DNA from: Nymphaea colorata
Taxonomy: Eukaryota
Reading direction: 5' to 3'
Assembly (NCBI RefSeq): GCF_008831285.2
Contig: NC_045138.2
Location: forward strand, 31,062,001-31,126,000
DNA length: 64,000 nt
The notes below the pieces were generated by a model. It was not told the origin of the DNA, did no database searches, and saw nothing but the letters and a program-made list of their open reading frames with translations. The position numbers and the translations under genes are program-made. This document shows positions 13,621-27,623 of this stretch, piece by piece (positions within the stretch are counted from its first letter, which is position 1; every line of letters begins with the position of its first letter).

Positions 13621-16600
13621 ACAGTTTTTCTTGTTGTCTTCACAAAAAAAAAGTTTTTTTCATCACTAACTATAATTTTCATGCACGAGCAGCGTCAATA
13701 ACCTAGTTCAATGGAGCGTTTAAAGTGTGCCGAGTGGTCAAACTCAAGGAAGGAAGAGTGAAAAATGCTACGAAACCTAATTTATCTATAGTACGTGCAG
13801 TAAATTCTTTTCTTCTGCATCTCCCCCCACTTCCCAAATAAAGATTTCACATCTGCAGGAAAGTATAGATGCATCTCGAATTCAGATGTCATGTCGCCAT
13901 TCATGCATCCTTAGGTCCAAATTTTCTTTAGCTGACAGGCACGCCCCTCCATGACCCGTTCAAAATCGAAAGCTTAAAGTTTCAGATTCTTTTACGTACC
14001 CAAGAGCTCCCATGGCTTCCATCGAGAGTTACTAATTTTAATAAAAAAGGCCACGGACGAAAGACCCTGCATCATCCATACTGCATTCCAGACCCTAGCT
14101 AGCTTGTCTTTCTCTATCCAGGTAGTCGCAGCTTGGCCGCTTCCGGCCACGAGAGAAGCAGTGGGGTTCACTGGCGTGAAAAGTTCTTCGACTGGTCACA
14201 GTCAGTCCTAAACTGGTGCAGGCGATTGACGCATCTGCACGCGTCAGTGGCAGAGGCCTTGCATGCATGCACGCAATGGGGGCGTCAGCGCCGGAAGTGA
14301 AAGGCATACGTTCAAAATAGTACGATGGGGAATCGAAAAGAGACGCCGGCCAAGATGCCAACCATCCTGCAAACGTTTTCGGACTCTGTGTTCTTGAGTT
14401 GGTGACGTCCACACTCAGAGCAGAAGAAAGGGGCAGATAGAGAGGGAGGCAAGAAGATGACCCAGATGAGAGAGAATTTTCTTGGGGAAGATGCCTAGCT
14501 CCTGGCCAGGGATCGATCGACTGGCCCTTGCACGAGATAGGATCGATGAGGGCGCCTCTGCACTCTGCAGCAGAGGGTCCGCACCGCGCTCAGAGTCTGA
14601 ATCGTGAAAATTGCCTGTGAATCCCGTTCTGGGGAAGGGGATGTAGGTGCAGAGATGTGGACTGCACTACATAATCCACCCGTGGAATGAACCAGTCGAC
14701 CGCTTCTTCCCATTGATCTCCATTTCCTTTTTCTTGTATCAATTTTTTTCCAATTTTACATGAAAAGAAGCAGGTAACTGAGATGGGTACTGGGGATTGG
14801 TCTCTTTGATACCTTGGAGGATCCCTTTTCTTGCTCGATGAAAGAGACTTTTCACAGCCTACTGCTTAAGTTTTAGCAGGGAATGGCCATTGGTAGCCAC
14901 ATGCGTGCACGCCTTAGGGGCAACCTCTCTTGTTGAAAGAGCAGTTTATGGAAAAGAGGTCATTAAATGTGCACCGCCACCCTTATTCAACAGCTGCGCC
15001 TACCTTCGCATTAATGGCTTTCATGAAAAGAAACTTACGTATTTTAACAATGTATGAAACTTTCAATAAGGACATTATTCTCAAAAAAGAGACAATAGTT
15101 TGTACGGGACATTCTTCGTTTCTGTAAGCTTACTTCAAAATTCATGGAAATTTTAAAAATCTGGTTTTAGATTGGATATCCGGGCTGTGCTGATCCTTCA
15201 AAAAAATCGGATATGAAAAATTTTTGCCATTTACTTAAGTAATCAGACCATTGGTTCCGACTAGGAAATAACAGTTTATCAGTGTTGGATTTGGATTTAA
15301 TTTTAAGTAGATATCCCATTTCCAAAATTAGTTTAACATATTGTAGTGAGGTTCGAATTTGGTTTAAAAGTCAGATTGAGGGCACATTTGTTTTTTCCTT
15401 TTCTTTTTATTCAAACAGACTTATGTAACAGTTTCTTTCGTTTTTTTCTTTCCTCTTGAATCCAATTTCCTTCTCTCTTTTTTTCTTTTCATCTATTAAA
15501 ATAATTTCTTTTCCTAAGCCGAGAAGTTTCGCTTAACCATCTAATCTAAACCATTCATCTCCATCTAAAGCAAATACATGATTGAAAAAAAAATGAAAAG
15601 AAAAAAAATGTAAATTATTATTAAACGACAAAAACGTGTATCAACTTTTTTTTCTTATTTTAAAAAATATAATTCAAACCTATAAAAAAGAAAAAAAAAA
15701 TCTACCTTCATCACTAGCTACCAATTGCATGGTTCTACTAATTCCCAGTCATGTTGGATATCAATTGACTCCAAGGCAAGTTGGATTTAAGGAGTTCATA
15801 AATCTTGCCTTAACACTACCAAATGTCGTAATTCACGGCCTATTTTCCATACAAGTCTGGAATCCTGAAGAAAAATCTCCCAGCCACAAGTCGAAGCAGC
15901 ATTCTTTTTCCATTTGACACATATGCCCTTGAAAATTGTACTTGGGACAAAAAAAGAGGCTAAGGGTAAAAATGTCAAATCCTCAACGGAATACTATTTG
16001 AGGCTTGAGGGTTTATCTAAATGGGGCTTACCTAATTCCATCAAATTTCGGTTTTTTTAAATACATTAATCGAGTCCAATTTAATTTTTTGGCGTCCCAA
16101 ACACTGGGAGAACAAAAGTGTCCAGCAAAAGACGATCCACAATAACGGAAAGCGCCTTGTCTCGGTTGTCCAGCGCTACGGGAACAGCAAAGCAAACATC
16201 ATCGCCGTCACGTTGGTTGGTAACTGCTTGTTGCCGTTGCCCTGTCAAGATCAAATTGGGATAGACCATTAGACCCTAGGTAAAACCCTAAATTGGATCC
16301 ACCTGACTTCATATAACCCAAAAGACATTACTACCCTTTTGGCCGACCCAGCTAACCTCGAGCCACCTAGCTCTCTCGAGGCTCGAACCTTGGTCACTGG
16401 ACCCAGAACAAGTTAGAAGCGTAGGCTTGTTTCCTAGCACGTCCGGTTAGGACGCAAGCTGGTAATATATCAAAAACGTTTTATTGTTAATAATGTTTAC
16501 CTCATATTTTTATATCTTATTATGAATTTAAGAAAAATGTAAAGTTTTACCACTTTGTCAATGTTCAACAGTATGATTTTCCTTTTTGTTTGGATTATGA

Positions 16601-18128
16601 AACTCGTTCTGCATGTCTCGAGACATGTATAGTTTTTATAAAGTACATTATTGGTTTATGTGGCTTTAAACGGAGAGATCACGTTTACAAAATTTTTTAT
16701 ATATAAAAAACTCTTAAACATGAAAGCATCTATTGAAATTAACGAATAATCTTGTTTTTTTGAGGCTAGGTTCAAATTTTTTGAATAGATTCATGGATAC
16801 TGACAAAGCGCTTCTGTTGTCAAACAACCCCGAAAAATCTACAATTCTTTTAATTACTGCCTCTCAGCTTAAAATTTCTAACTCCACACTGCTATTGTAT
16901 ACCTCTCATTCATATTCATAATAACTTTGTTTTATTGTTTTGGTGGGTCTGTTTTGAGATCTGCTACCTAATTTTCAATTAATGCCTCAATGCCGACAAA
17001 AAATACTTTAATTTAAGTATAGCTATCACTCGAAATAAATGGTTGGTAGTCAAAGCAAGTCTTAATTTGTTTTGAAGGATATCCTAACTAAGTTTTTAAC
17101 TAATGTTTTTATCTTGAGTATTGCATTTTTTTTTAAGTGTATTATCATTTTTATTAGTAAAGGTCCAACGCCTTCCGTAAGAAACTTTTTGTTTGAGGTT
17201 GTGCTTGATTGCCTTGGATTTTAGATCTAGGGCAGATTTTTCGGATATGAGATCAGATAAGCCATTTTTGATGCACTCACTTAGCCTTTTTTGTTTTGTT
17301 TTTTCTCGTCTACTCTTTACCTTGTTGCAAGGACAAGTCAAACACTCATTGGATTTGAGATCCATGGATTACAACATTCCCATCAACCTTAAATGTATGA
17401 TTTTTAAATTTACAGTCAAACTTTTCAACAAACCTTAAATGAAGTTTAATTGATTCTTCAAAAAAAAAAAAATTGTCTCTTTTATATTGCTTGAACAAGC
17501 CCCGGTTCGGCCCATGGACTGCTGAAAAGATGCATCTGGCCACTTTTTTGTTTTTAAATACCCATAATAAACTTTCGAAATAATTGAAATTCCCAAAACA
17601 CCCTTGATGGGCAATCTGGTCAAAGCACCACAACCCAATTTTGGACAAGTCGTAATTAAACCTTTTGTGGTAAAGTGTGGTAATTTAATCGAAAAAGGAG
17701 TGCTGTTTCCTTTTTTTTTTTTTTTTTTTTTTGCTTTCTGGAAAAGAAAAGACTAGCTTTTGAGAAAAAAGGGCGTCTTTCTTTTTCCATCCCTCGGTTG
17801 ACCAACTTGCCCGATGGGGGCCGAGTCGAGTGACTTCTTGGAAAATTTTTTCGTTGGACATAAATCGCCTAAAAAATTTTATTCTTTGACTTGAAAACGC
17901 CATTGAACAGTTACATAGTACATAGATGGATTCTCTAAAGCAGGAGAAAAATTAGATGCATTCGGAATTCTCATGAACATTTGAAGTTCAAAGAGGCTCA
18001 ATCTTAAATCCTGAACCTTACATAACAATGAAAGCAAGTGTTTCCATAAAGCGTCCCGTTGCTTTGATTACGAAGTCAATCAAACACGAGAAAAAAAATC
18101 TCCGTCAATCGAGCATGGCCACATTTAA

Positions 18129-18235
18129 GTATTCGAACCACATTGAAGTATTCGAATAACTTCCTAACTAAATATGCCATGGTATTCGAACCACATTGAA
18201 GTATTCGAATAACTTCCTAACTAAATATGCCATGG
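18129..18235. repeat. Perfect 53-bp tandem duplication ~1 kb upstream of the LUG ATG
   Basis: gtattcgaaccacattgaagtattcgaataacttcctaactaaatatgccatg at 18129 and 18182. Confidence 0.9.
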
Positions 18236-19233
18236 CATATTGCTAAGGTTGCAAGTAGACCCGGCGCATTTTTTCTATTTATATCGAAATCAATTCCGAC
18301 CTAACCTCCAATATATTGTGATTTTCACCGATACATTCCAATGGTAAAATTTACCATAAGTCGAATCTTTCCACAAACCAAGAAGCATGGACTTCATTGG
18401 CAAGAGTGAATGTCTTAAAGGCAGATCGATAACTCCTCAAACTGGCATAATTTTTCTTTTCTCAAGTTGTGTTAGGTAGAACTTGACATGTCTATATTAA
18501 GAGAGTCTTGAATCTTTAACCCCTTGGGCACGATGAATTTGAAATGTTTAATCTTATGGTAAATCACCAACTGTTGCTGCAGAATCCTCGGCTTGGTGGT
18601 CTAGACGGATTCACAGACCGATCTTTACGACATTGTTCTTGACTGAGAGAAGGGATGTCTTGGTCATTGACTTGGAAAGTCAGTAGATTTTGTGGATGCC
18701 ATGGTGCTGATCACTACCCAATTGAGACCAAAAAAGGAAAAAGATGATGGAGGAGGAAATGGAGAATTTGGGTTAGCTCCTTGTGCTCTTCTCTGTTGGT
18801 GCCCTTCTGCTCTCTTTCTCTCTCATCTTTTCTTCTTCTGTAGAGAGAAAGCGAGTGAGAGCCCCAATCCCAATCCCATCCCCACCACTACCAAGCCTAA
18901 ATTCCTCAATCATCAGCATCATATTCTTTATTACCCAACCAAAGGAGAGGCGAAAATTGAGGGAGAGGGTGAGAGAAAGAGGGAGGCCACTGAAGGCTCG
19001 TTGTCTAGCTCTCTGCTGCCATGTGCAAAGTCGAGCCTTTCCCCCCGCCGCTCTTCACTGTAGATGTCTTCGTCCATGCAATATCTTGAAAAGAGTACAA
19101 CCGAACTCAAATCCATGGCTCCTCTTTTGTACTTTCCCTGAGAGCATCATTCTTTTGTTCTCCCCCGCCCTCTTTCTCCTGTCTGTCTGCGACTCTCTCA
19201 CGCTACCTCTCTGGTTATATTTGTTTTGTTATC

Positions 19234-20089
19234 ATGTCTCAGACTAACTGGGAAGCAGATAAAATGTGAGCATCTCTCTTTCTCTGTTTCCTTCTTTAGG
19301 GTTTCTCTTCTTTGAGGTTTATTCGGTATTTGTTCTGCTTTTCTGACGTTGGTTGTTTCTGTTTCTTGTCGATGGATAGGTTGGATGTGTATATCTATGA
19401 CTATTTGGTTAAAAGGAATTTGCAGGCATCAGCCAAGGCCTTTCTGGCCGAGGGCAAAGTCTCCTCTGACCCCGTTGGTAAGCAGATTCAGGGTAACCAA
19501 TTGAATACATGTTAAAAAAACAAAAAGCTCCTTTTTTAGAGTTTCTTTGATGTAAAATTTGGGGACTTTTCCTATTTCAGCCATTGATGCACCTGGAGGT
19601 TTTCTTTTTGAATGGTGGTCGGTCTTTTGGGACATCTTCATTGCCCGAACGAACGAAAAACATTCCGATGTCGCTGCTTCCTACATAGAGGTGATAACTT
19701 CTTCGACAGTCTGCCACTTTATGCTTCGTCTTCTTCATCATCTATTCGGTGGCATTTGATAATTGATACATTACAATTGATTATTCTAGAAGTGGTCGTA
19801 ATAAGTTATACGTGCAGTTATGATTGTTAACAATATTTAGCATCTAGTTGCTTCATTCTGTTCATATGAAAGATGTAGACGTGCTGAAATGAGGATACCA
19901 TCTTCAAAAGTATTTTCGTGTATCATGTTGATGAAAGACTTTTGTGTGCGTAAACAAAGAGGACATGTTCTGCGGTCGGTCGTCTAAAGTTTGGTGCTGA
20001 TGGCAGACACAGCTGATAAAGGCGCGTGAGCAGCAGCAGCAGCAACAGCAGGCACAACCGCAACAACAGCCTCAGCTCCAGCAGCAACA

Positions 20090-20121
<32 letters not shown>

Positions 20122-20186
20122 AACAACAACAGCAACAGCAGCTGCAAATGCAGCTTCTAATGCAGAGGCAGCAGCAACAACAGCAG

Positions 20187-20221
<35 letters not shown>

Positions 20222-20223
20222 GC

Positions 20224-20257
<34 letters not shown>

Positions 20258-22697
20258 GAGAAGAGAAGGTACCCATATTCTAAATGGTACTCCAAATGGT
20301 CTTGTTTCTGCTGAACCTCTCCTGAAGCAAGCGCAAGGTGCAAATGCTTTAGCGACAAAAATGTATGAAGAACGGTTAAAGTTGCCGATGCAAAGAGATC
20401 CCCTTGATGATGTATCCGTGAAGGTTTTGTTTGAATTTTTCCTTTTTTCCTTCCGCTCTTTGGTGCCTGCATTAATCTATTGCTTGTCATTTATCAATGT
20501 CATCTATTTTCTCTACAGCAAAGGTTCGGCGATAATGTGAATCAGTTATCCGATCCTAATCATGCTACGATGTTGAAGCCGACTGGAACACCTCCACAAC
20601 CCACAGGGTATGACATATCATATTTTCATAACTTATGTATTTCGTTTTTCGCCCTTCTCATTAATATTAAATTGGTCTAATGTTGGAGCGTTCGTGCTTG
20701 TTTTTGTACCCAATGCCAATAATTTAGAATTTTGGATGAATCTATTAAAGTTGTATTTACAACTCCATGCTGCGAGCTCTTAAGATTATTTGATCATATT
20801 ACTTTCGTTGCTCTTTCCAGTTTCCTATTTTTTTCGTCCATTTATTTTTTGGCTTTTCCCTATTTCTTTTGGTTTTCTGAATATAAATGTGAGTGCAAGT
20901 TGTTGAACTTAATCGTGTTATCTAATTGGTGCTGCTTTCTTTTAATAATTTTCAGGCAAGTACTACATGGGACAGCTGGTGGGATGTCAGCTGCTCTTCA
21001 GCAAGTCCAACTACGGAATCAGCAACTCCCAGTTCCCACACCGGTGTGTAAGATATAGTCAACGATTGTCTCTTCTTGGTCTTCTTGTTTTGTTTCTAAC
21101 AAAAATGTTATATAGGACATAAAGGGTGAAATGAATGCCATACTGAGCTCAAGAGCTGCAGGCCCTGATGGCTCATTGATTGGAGTTTCCGGTAAATTAT
21201 TTTAAGTTCAACTTTTCTCTTTACATAGTGTTATGAGAGTATGTTAACTAAAGTCTCTGCAGCAGTTATGTTTCAAATTCTTCAGTTATCATTCGATACA
21301 TCCTGCTCTCACATTGGACCCACTTTGCTTTAGCTTGACTTGACTGTCTTTATATTTTTCTCTTTTAGTTCCTTATTACAACGTGTTGCACATGTGCAAC
21401 TTCAGACCTAATGCGTACAATTCCATATAAAGCATACTCATGAATTTGAACTTTCTAATGGTGGCCTTACTTGTGACAGGTGCTAACCAGGGCAGTAACA
21501 ATTTGACATTAAAAGGGTGGCCTCTCACGGTTAGTGTTCTCTAGCATGAAATTTCTTAGATTATTGTCTCCTATACACATTTACTTTTGCAATTAATTTT
21601 GCAGCTGAGAATTCTATACTTGGGGTATTTGATAACTGATATGGGTCCTCTACTTTTGGTCTATGTTCTCTTCTTTCCAAGCTTGAACCGAAGTTGTTTT
21701 TCTTGAAAGAAATGACACTCATTCTCAAAATCCAATCTTTTCATCAATGGAATTTAGTTCAATTATATGTTTTGATATTTTCCAGTTTAGGCTTTGATCT
21801 TGTGATTGGTCCACTCTCACATCCAAATCAGGGAACTGATGCGGCTTCATGAAGATCATTGCTGGTTGGCATGGAATAAAAAGTTTTATTGATTTATGCT
21901 TCATTTATCTCATGATAATTTTTTTCCTATTGGTGCCCCCTTGCTGTCTATGCCTATTTTGGAAAAGCATTAAGCCATTGTTTCATCAATTCTCTGGCCA
22001 CTTAGGAAAACATATTGGATTTTTTTTAACAATCTGCAATTCTTATTAATACCTTTAATTTCCAAGAATGCTTTGTTTCTTGTTCAGTTATCCAAATCCA
22101 TGCCTATGGTGCTTTACCAACCTTTAGTGCTTTAATCATAAAGAAACTACAGAAATTCCATGTATATTCTGTAGTTTCTTTATGCTTTATGATTCTCTAC
22201 TGATGATATGATAAACTTGATGGACGTCCATGCATGGAATCTACTATTAAAAAAAAAATGAAATGCGAAAACAATAAATACAGTGTTCTTGTGCAGAATT
22301 GAATTTTTTCCCTCATCCTTGTTGGTAATTAACTAGAGTAGAATAAAATTTGTGGGAAATGTTCACTGTTTGAAAATTAGAGATGGAAAATATCACATTT
22401 TTTATATTATAAAATAATACAGATAAATTGATAAAGTATGGGTGAACTATCTTGTCTGACTGTGGTGACTGAATTTTTATGTTATAGTGAAAGTCAATCT
22501 GAAGCCAGTTACTTTGGTTGGCTTGATACTGGCTTTGGGCTGCAAGTAGGTCTCTGAATAAACTAGAGCTACATGTAGGCCCTTGCCTGTAGAGAATGAA
22601 AGTGAGGCAGGTCAGTCTGACTTGTCAGGAGTCCACATGATCAAGTCATTTACAGCAAATTTGTTTCACTTTGTCTCGTGATTTCTTGATAGAAGTG

Positions 22698-22729
<32 letters not shown>

Positions 22730-24895
22730 GGCACACTAATATTTTAGAAACTATTGTCAATAAATAGTCTGTACACAAAGAGTAGCAAGTGCTGATTTGC
22801 TTTATATTCATTGATCAATGAGAGTAGCTTGATCAGTGGATTAATGAGGTCAATAAGACATGAGGCGCTGGTAAGCTAGTTTGTTTTCTTTCTTACGTGC
22901 GAGAATTTGTTCTTGCATTGCAATTGAGAACTACTCCTATATGGCCATTTCCATTTTCCCAGTTCATCTAGGTCAATATGTTTTCCTTGCATCCTCAGGC
23001 ACCGCTAATTTGCACACTGACACTTAGTTTTTCTGCAAAGAGATTTTATGTCATGCTTTAAAATGACAAGTAGGAAAGCCTGTCTTTGATTTAGTGTGAT
23101 ATACGTCTCAACTTGTTGTTTGTTGAACTTTAAGTTTGTTCAGGCGTCATCTTTAAGCTGCACAATTGCAATTCTTCTGTTCTCTATTTTGTCCATGTTT
23201 GGTCATGTTATATCTTCTATAGTCAATTTGCTAGTCCTATCATGCATGACAGGGCTATGACCACAGCCGACCGGGTCTTCTACAATCACAAAAGCCATTT
23301 ATACAGTCATCACAACAATATCAACAACTTCAGATGATGAATCCTCAACACCAGCACTTTCTAATGCAACAACAGAATATTGCTTCACCTTCAGCATCTG
23401 ATCTTGAGAACAGAAGGCTGCGGATGCTTATGAGTAATAGGACTGCTGCCATAGCAAAGGATGGTCAGTCAAATTCTGTTGGTGATATGGTTCAGGGTGT
23501 TGGATCTCCAATGCAAGCAGCATCTCCTTTTCAACGAGGAGATCCAGATGCCTTGCTTAAGGTGCCTCATTTTCTCTCTCTTTCTCTCTCTGCCACTGAC
23601 ACACATAACACACTATTCCATTTCCCTGTTTGACCTCTCATTGGTAAGATCATGGCTGTTTTCCAGTTTGAATGTTTAGATTCTACTTTTGTTTTTTTTA
23701 ATCATCAAATGATATTAATTGTTCCCTTCGTTCCCTTTATGTTGTGGGTTCCATTTCTTTGAGCAATGTTATGCAGCAATAATTAAAAGTTTTGGTGATG
23801 GCTACTCTATGTTGTGCACTGATAATGGTTGTTTAAAGCTTCTCTTTGACTTGTAATGAAGTTGATATATTCACTACTTGTGCTCTCACACATTTGTTAG
23901 ATCACCTGATGAACCCCGTGTTTCTGGCTATCATACGATCAACATTTCATAGAATTCCATCTTTTAGGGCTTTATGCCTTTTTTAGATGCAGTACATTCC
24001 AATCACTTCAAACTTTATCCTTCTACTGCTACTGATTAAAGTTTTTGTGTTCTGATCCTAGTGAATGTTAGGAGGGATTTTTTATTCTAATAATAAATAT
24101 AATGGTGGATCCCACATTTATTCTTTCACAACTAAACTTGTTTTATTTGCCTTGAGATTTGAATTTGCCATGAGATTGAAATTGGAGATTAAGGTTAATG
24201 CATATTGTTGTTTTGGTTACTGACCATTCTTACAAATTTTTGTTCATCAAACGACTAGTCAATTATTTATGAAACAGGTACCTGAAGATATAATTATGAA
24301 AATGTGTGGTTGTTTTAGGAGTTGCCGAGGCAATGTGTTTTTTTCCTTTTCCATGCATCTTTTATGAGTCCCTGCCTGTGCTATCTGCATAACAATGTCC
24401 CAGTTAGCCCTTCAGCTGGTGAGCAGCAATTTCTTTTGAAATCAGTTTGCCCTTTAGTGGTGTCTGCATAAACGCAACCTTTCTGTAGATCAAATACTAC
24501 TATTTCTTTGTTGTTATTTGGTCTCAGGAATGTGATTTCAATCATGATGACAGAGACGTTTAAGGGGGGATGCTAATTTATTTTCTTCAGTATTCTTTCT
24601 CTTTCTTGCTTAAATTTTTTGAGCCTATTTACCTTTGAGTGACATTTTTGACCAAGTCACGTGGGTACTTTAATAAGGTCGCCGTACACGTACACAAAGT
24701 GGGTACTTGGGTACTTTTTAGTTTCGAAATTGATCCAAACTGTTTAATTTTATCTGATTTAATTTTTTCCAACTCAGTTTTCATTATATTTTTAAAGTTA
24801 TTGTTCATGAACATGTAATGTTTTTATTTGAAAGCACTTGTTTATTTAAATGTAGTGTTCATTTTGATTTTTCTGTGTTATTTGTTATTTTAGGG

Positions 24896-24949
<54 letters not shown>

Positions 24950-27560
24950 TGCCATACACCGGTACCTACATTTTCTAAAGTTGCCATGCCCATACCCATG
25001 TGACTTAGCATTTTGATGTAAGTGTATGTAGTATGCAAGTTGACCAAAGGATCAAGTGCTTCTGGGCTATCAGTTCATGGTAGAAGTGGGAATAAGTTGT
25101 ATTTGTAGGCTTATAGCTATTGTATTTTACTATTATTTAGTACAATCATGAAATTCTCTAATGCACTGGAGGATTTTGATGTGTTTCATGTACCTTTCAG
25201 AATTTTCAAAATTCATTTCCACTACAAAGTGACCATTAAGACTTTCTAATTTTTCTGCTGCTTATTGTATTCAAAACGGTGTTTTCCAATTATATGTACA
25301 AATTCTCTATCTGATCAATGAAATAGCTGCTTAGAGCTTGCATATTCCTCACCTTGAGGAGTTTTTTCTTTCCACCTCGTAAGTTTTCTAATGAGTTTCT
25401 GGAAGTTATAACCCAAACCCTTGTGTCTGATTCTATAGTTGAGATCTGCAGGATTATTCTTTATGCTAAATTGCAAATGGTTTCTAGTCTTCGTTTGAAT
25501 GCTTGTTTGAATAGTGGATGCAAGACTTGCAAGTGAATGAAAATTGTTGTCTGATGCTCGTTAAGGTGACCTAAGTTTTAAATTTGCATATTAATGAGCT
25601 TATCTCAATGTGTCCTTCTTAGTCTTAATAGTTAGTCTAGATCAAATTCTTTTATCAGGTCATGAAATAGACGTTGCTGACATTTGACGTATTCACATTA
25701 AATGAAATTGCTTCTAACGATTGTGAATCTCTTCACTGTTATAATGTTTCCCTTAAAATTTATAATTTTTAACCCATATGGTTATTATGTTATCTGTAGA
25801 TGAAGCTTGCACAATTACAGCAGCAGCAGCAGCAGCAACAACAGCAGCAGCAACAACAACAAAATAACACTCAACAACAGCTTCAACAGCACTTGCTTAC
25901 AAGTCAGCAGTCTCAGAATAGCAATCATCAACTTCATCAACAAGATAAAGCTGTCAGTGGTGGTGTTGCCATGGATAGCAGCATGTCGAATTCCTTTCGA
26001 GGAACTGATCAGGTTTTATACTTGTTTTTCATGATAGCAAATTGTAGATTGACCATATTGGTAGGTTGGATTCTATTAGGCAACTTAATTGTAATTTCCC
26101 TTGATTTTCTGCCCCTGGCCCCTTAGGGGCTCTGTCTCCATTAGAGTCACAAATAGGACCAATATGCTGCAAGAGTTTTGCCGCTTCTCTCACGGAACAT
26201 ATTCACCTATACATTTCTCAGGCTAATCAGCCTATTTGTATCCTATCCGGTTGTAAGCTGACTTGCTCTCAGTTTAATCTCACTAATATTTAAAAAGCTT
26301 ATTTTTCCCTTATGTGGATGAAGGCGGCTTCCAAGAATCAGAGTACAAGGAAAAGGAAGCAGCCTGGTTCCTCATCAGGTCCTGCTAATAGCTCAGGAAC
26401 AGCCAACACTACCGGACCAAGCTCTGCACCTTCTACCCCATCAACTCATACACCAGGTGATGTAATATTGCAGCATAGTGCAAGCTCATCTAAGCCTCTA
26501 ATAATGTTTGGTTCAGATGGAGCTGGAACGCTTACATCTCCATCAAATCAACTTGTAAGTAGCTTTTTGCCAAAAGGTTGGAGCTTGATGTTTATTAGAA
26601 ATAGGCAACCTTTTTCTTTTCCAATCATGGCGTGGGTACCTCATACGCATTCTCATTAGCACTCCATTTTGTCAGTGGGATGACAAAGATATTGTGCAGG
26701 CTGATATTGAAAGATTTGTGGATGATGGCTCATTGGATGACAATGTGGAGTCATTCTTGTCTCATGATGATATAGATCAAAGGGACACAGTTGGGCCTTG
26801 CATGGAAGGCACCAAAGGTAAGCAAATTTCAATTGTTTGTTCAATTTCTTGCTGTGCCAGTCACATTGTCGCTGTTGTTGCATTCTTGTCTTATATTATT
26901 GACTGGTGACAAATGAGCTAACATGCTTTCTTCAATTTGTGAAACATTTATCCTGTCAGGCTGTACATTTAGTGAGATTAACCATGTTCGTGCAAGTTCA
27001 AGCAAAGTCACCTGTTGTCATTTTTCTTCGGATGGAAAACTTCTAGCAAGTGCTGGCCATGAGAAGAAGGTCTAGTCTGAAACTTTATGGTATTTAACTG
27101 TAGTAGGGATGATAAATATGGTCTTTAATTGGTCAACGAAGTTTTACATGAATGCAAGTGAAAATTATGAACCTGGAACAGTTGACCAATTTATTTTCTA
27201 CCTTGCTTAACTTGCTATTCAGGCTGTCCTGTGGTATGCGGATACTTTGAAGCAGAAGAGTTCGTTAGAGGAGCATTCCTTGTTAATTACTGATGTTCGC
27301 TTTAGTCCAAGCATTCCACGTTTGGCAACCTCATCTTTTGATAAGACTGTCAGGGTCTGGGATGCAGATAAGGTATATATGCTATTCTTTTAACCTCCAT
27401 TTGTCTTTTCTTTTTTGTTCTTGATGATTGCTGTCATTGAGGTGCAATATGGTTAGTATTTATTAGTTTGATCATGTTGCCTCGAGATGCTTGCCCTGCA
27501 ATCATGTGGTTGCATATGGCATCTGTTTCCAAATCCTTCATTAGACTAAACACTACGCAC

Positions 27561-27623
<63 letters not shown>

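Noticed and set aside
19923..20490. Minus-strand poly-L / poly-V/A ORFs
   Set aside because: Antisense shadows of the LUG CAG/CAA poly-Q exon.
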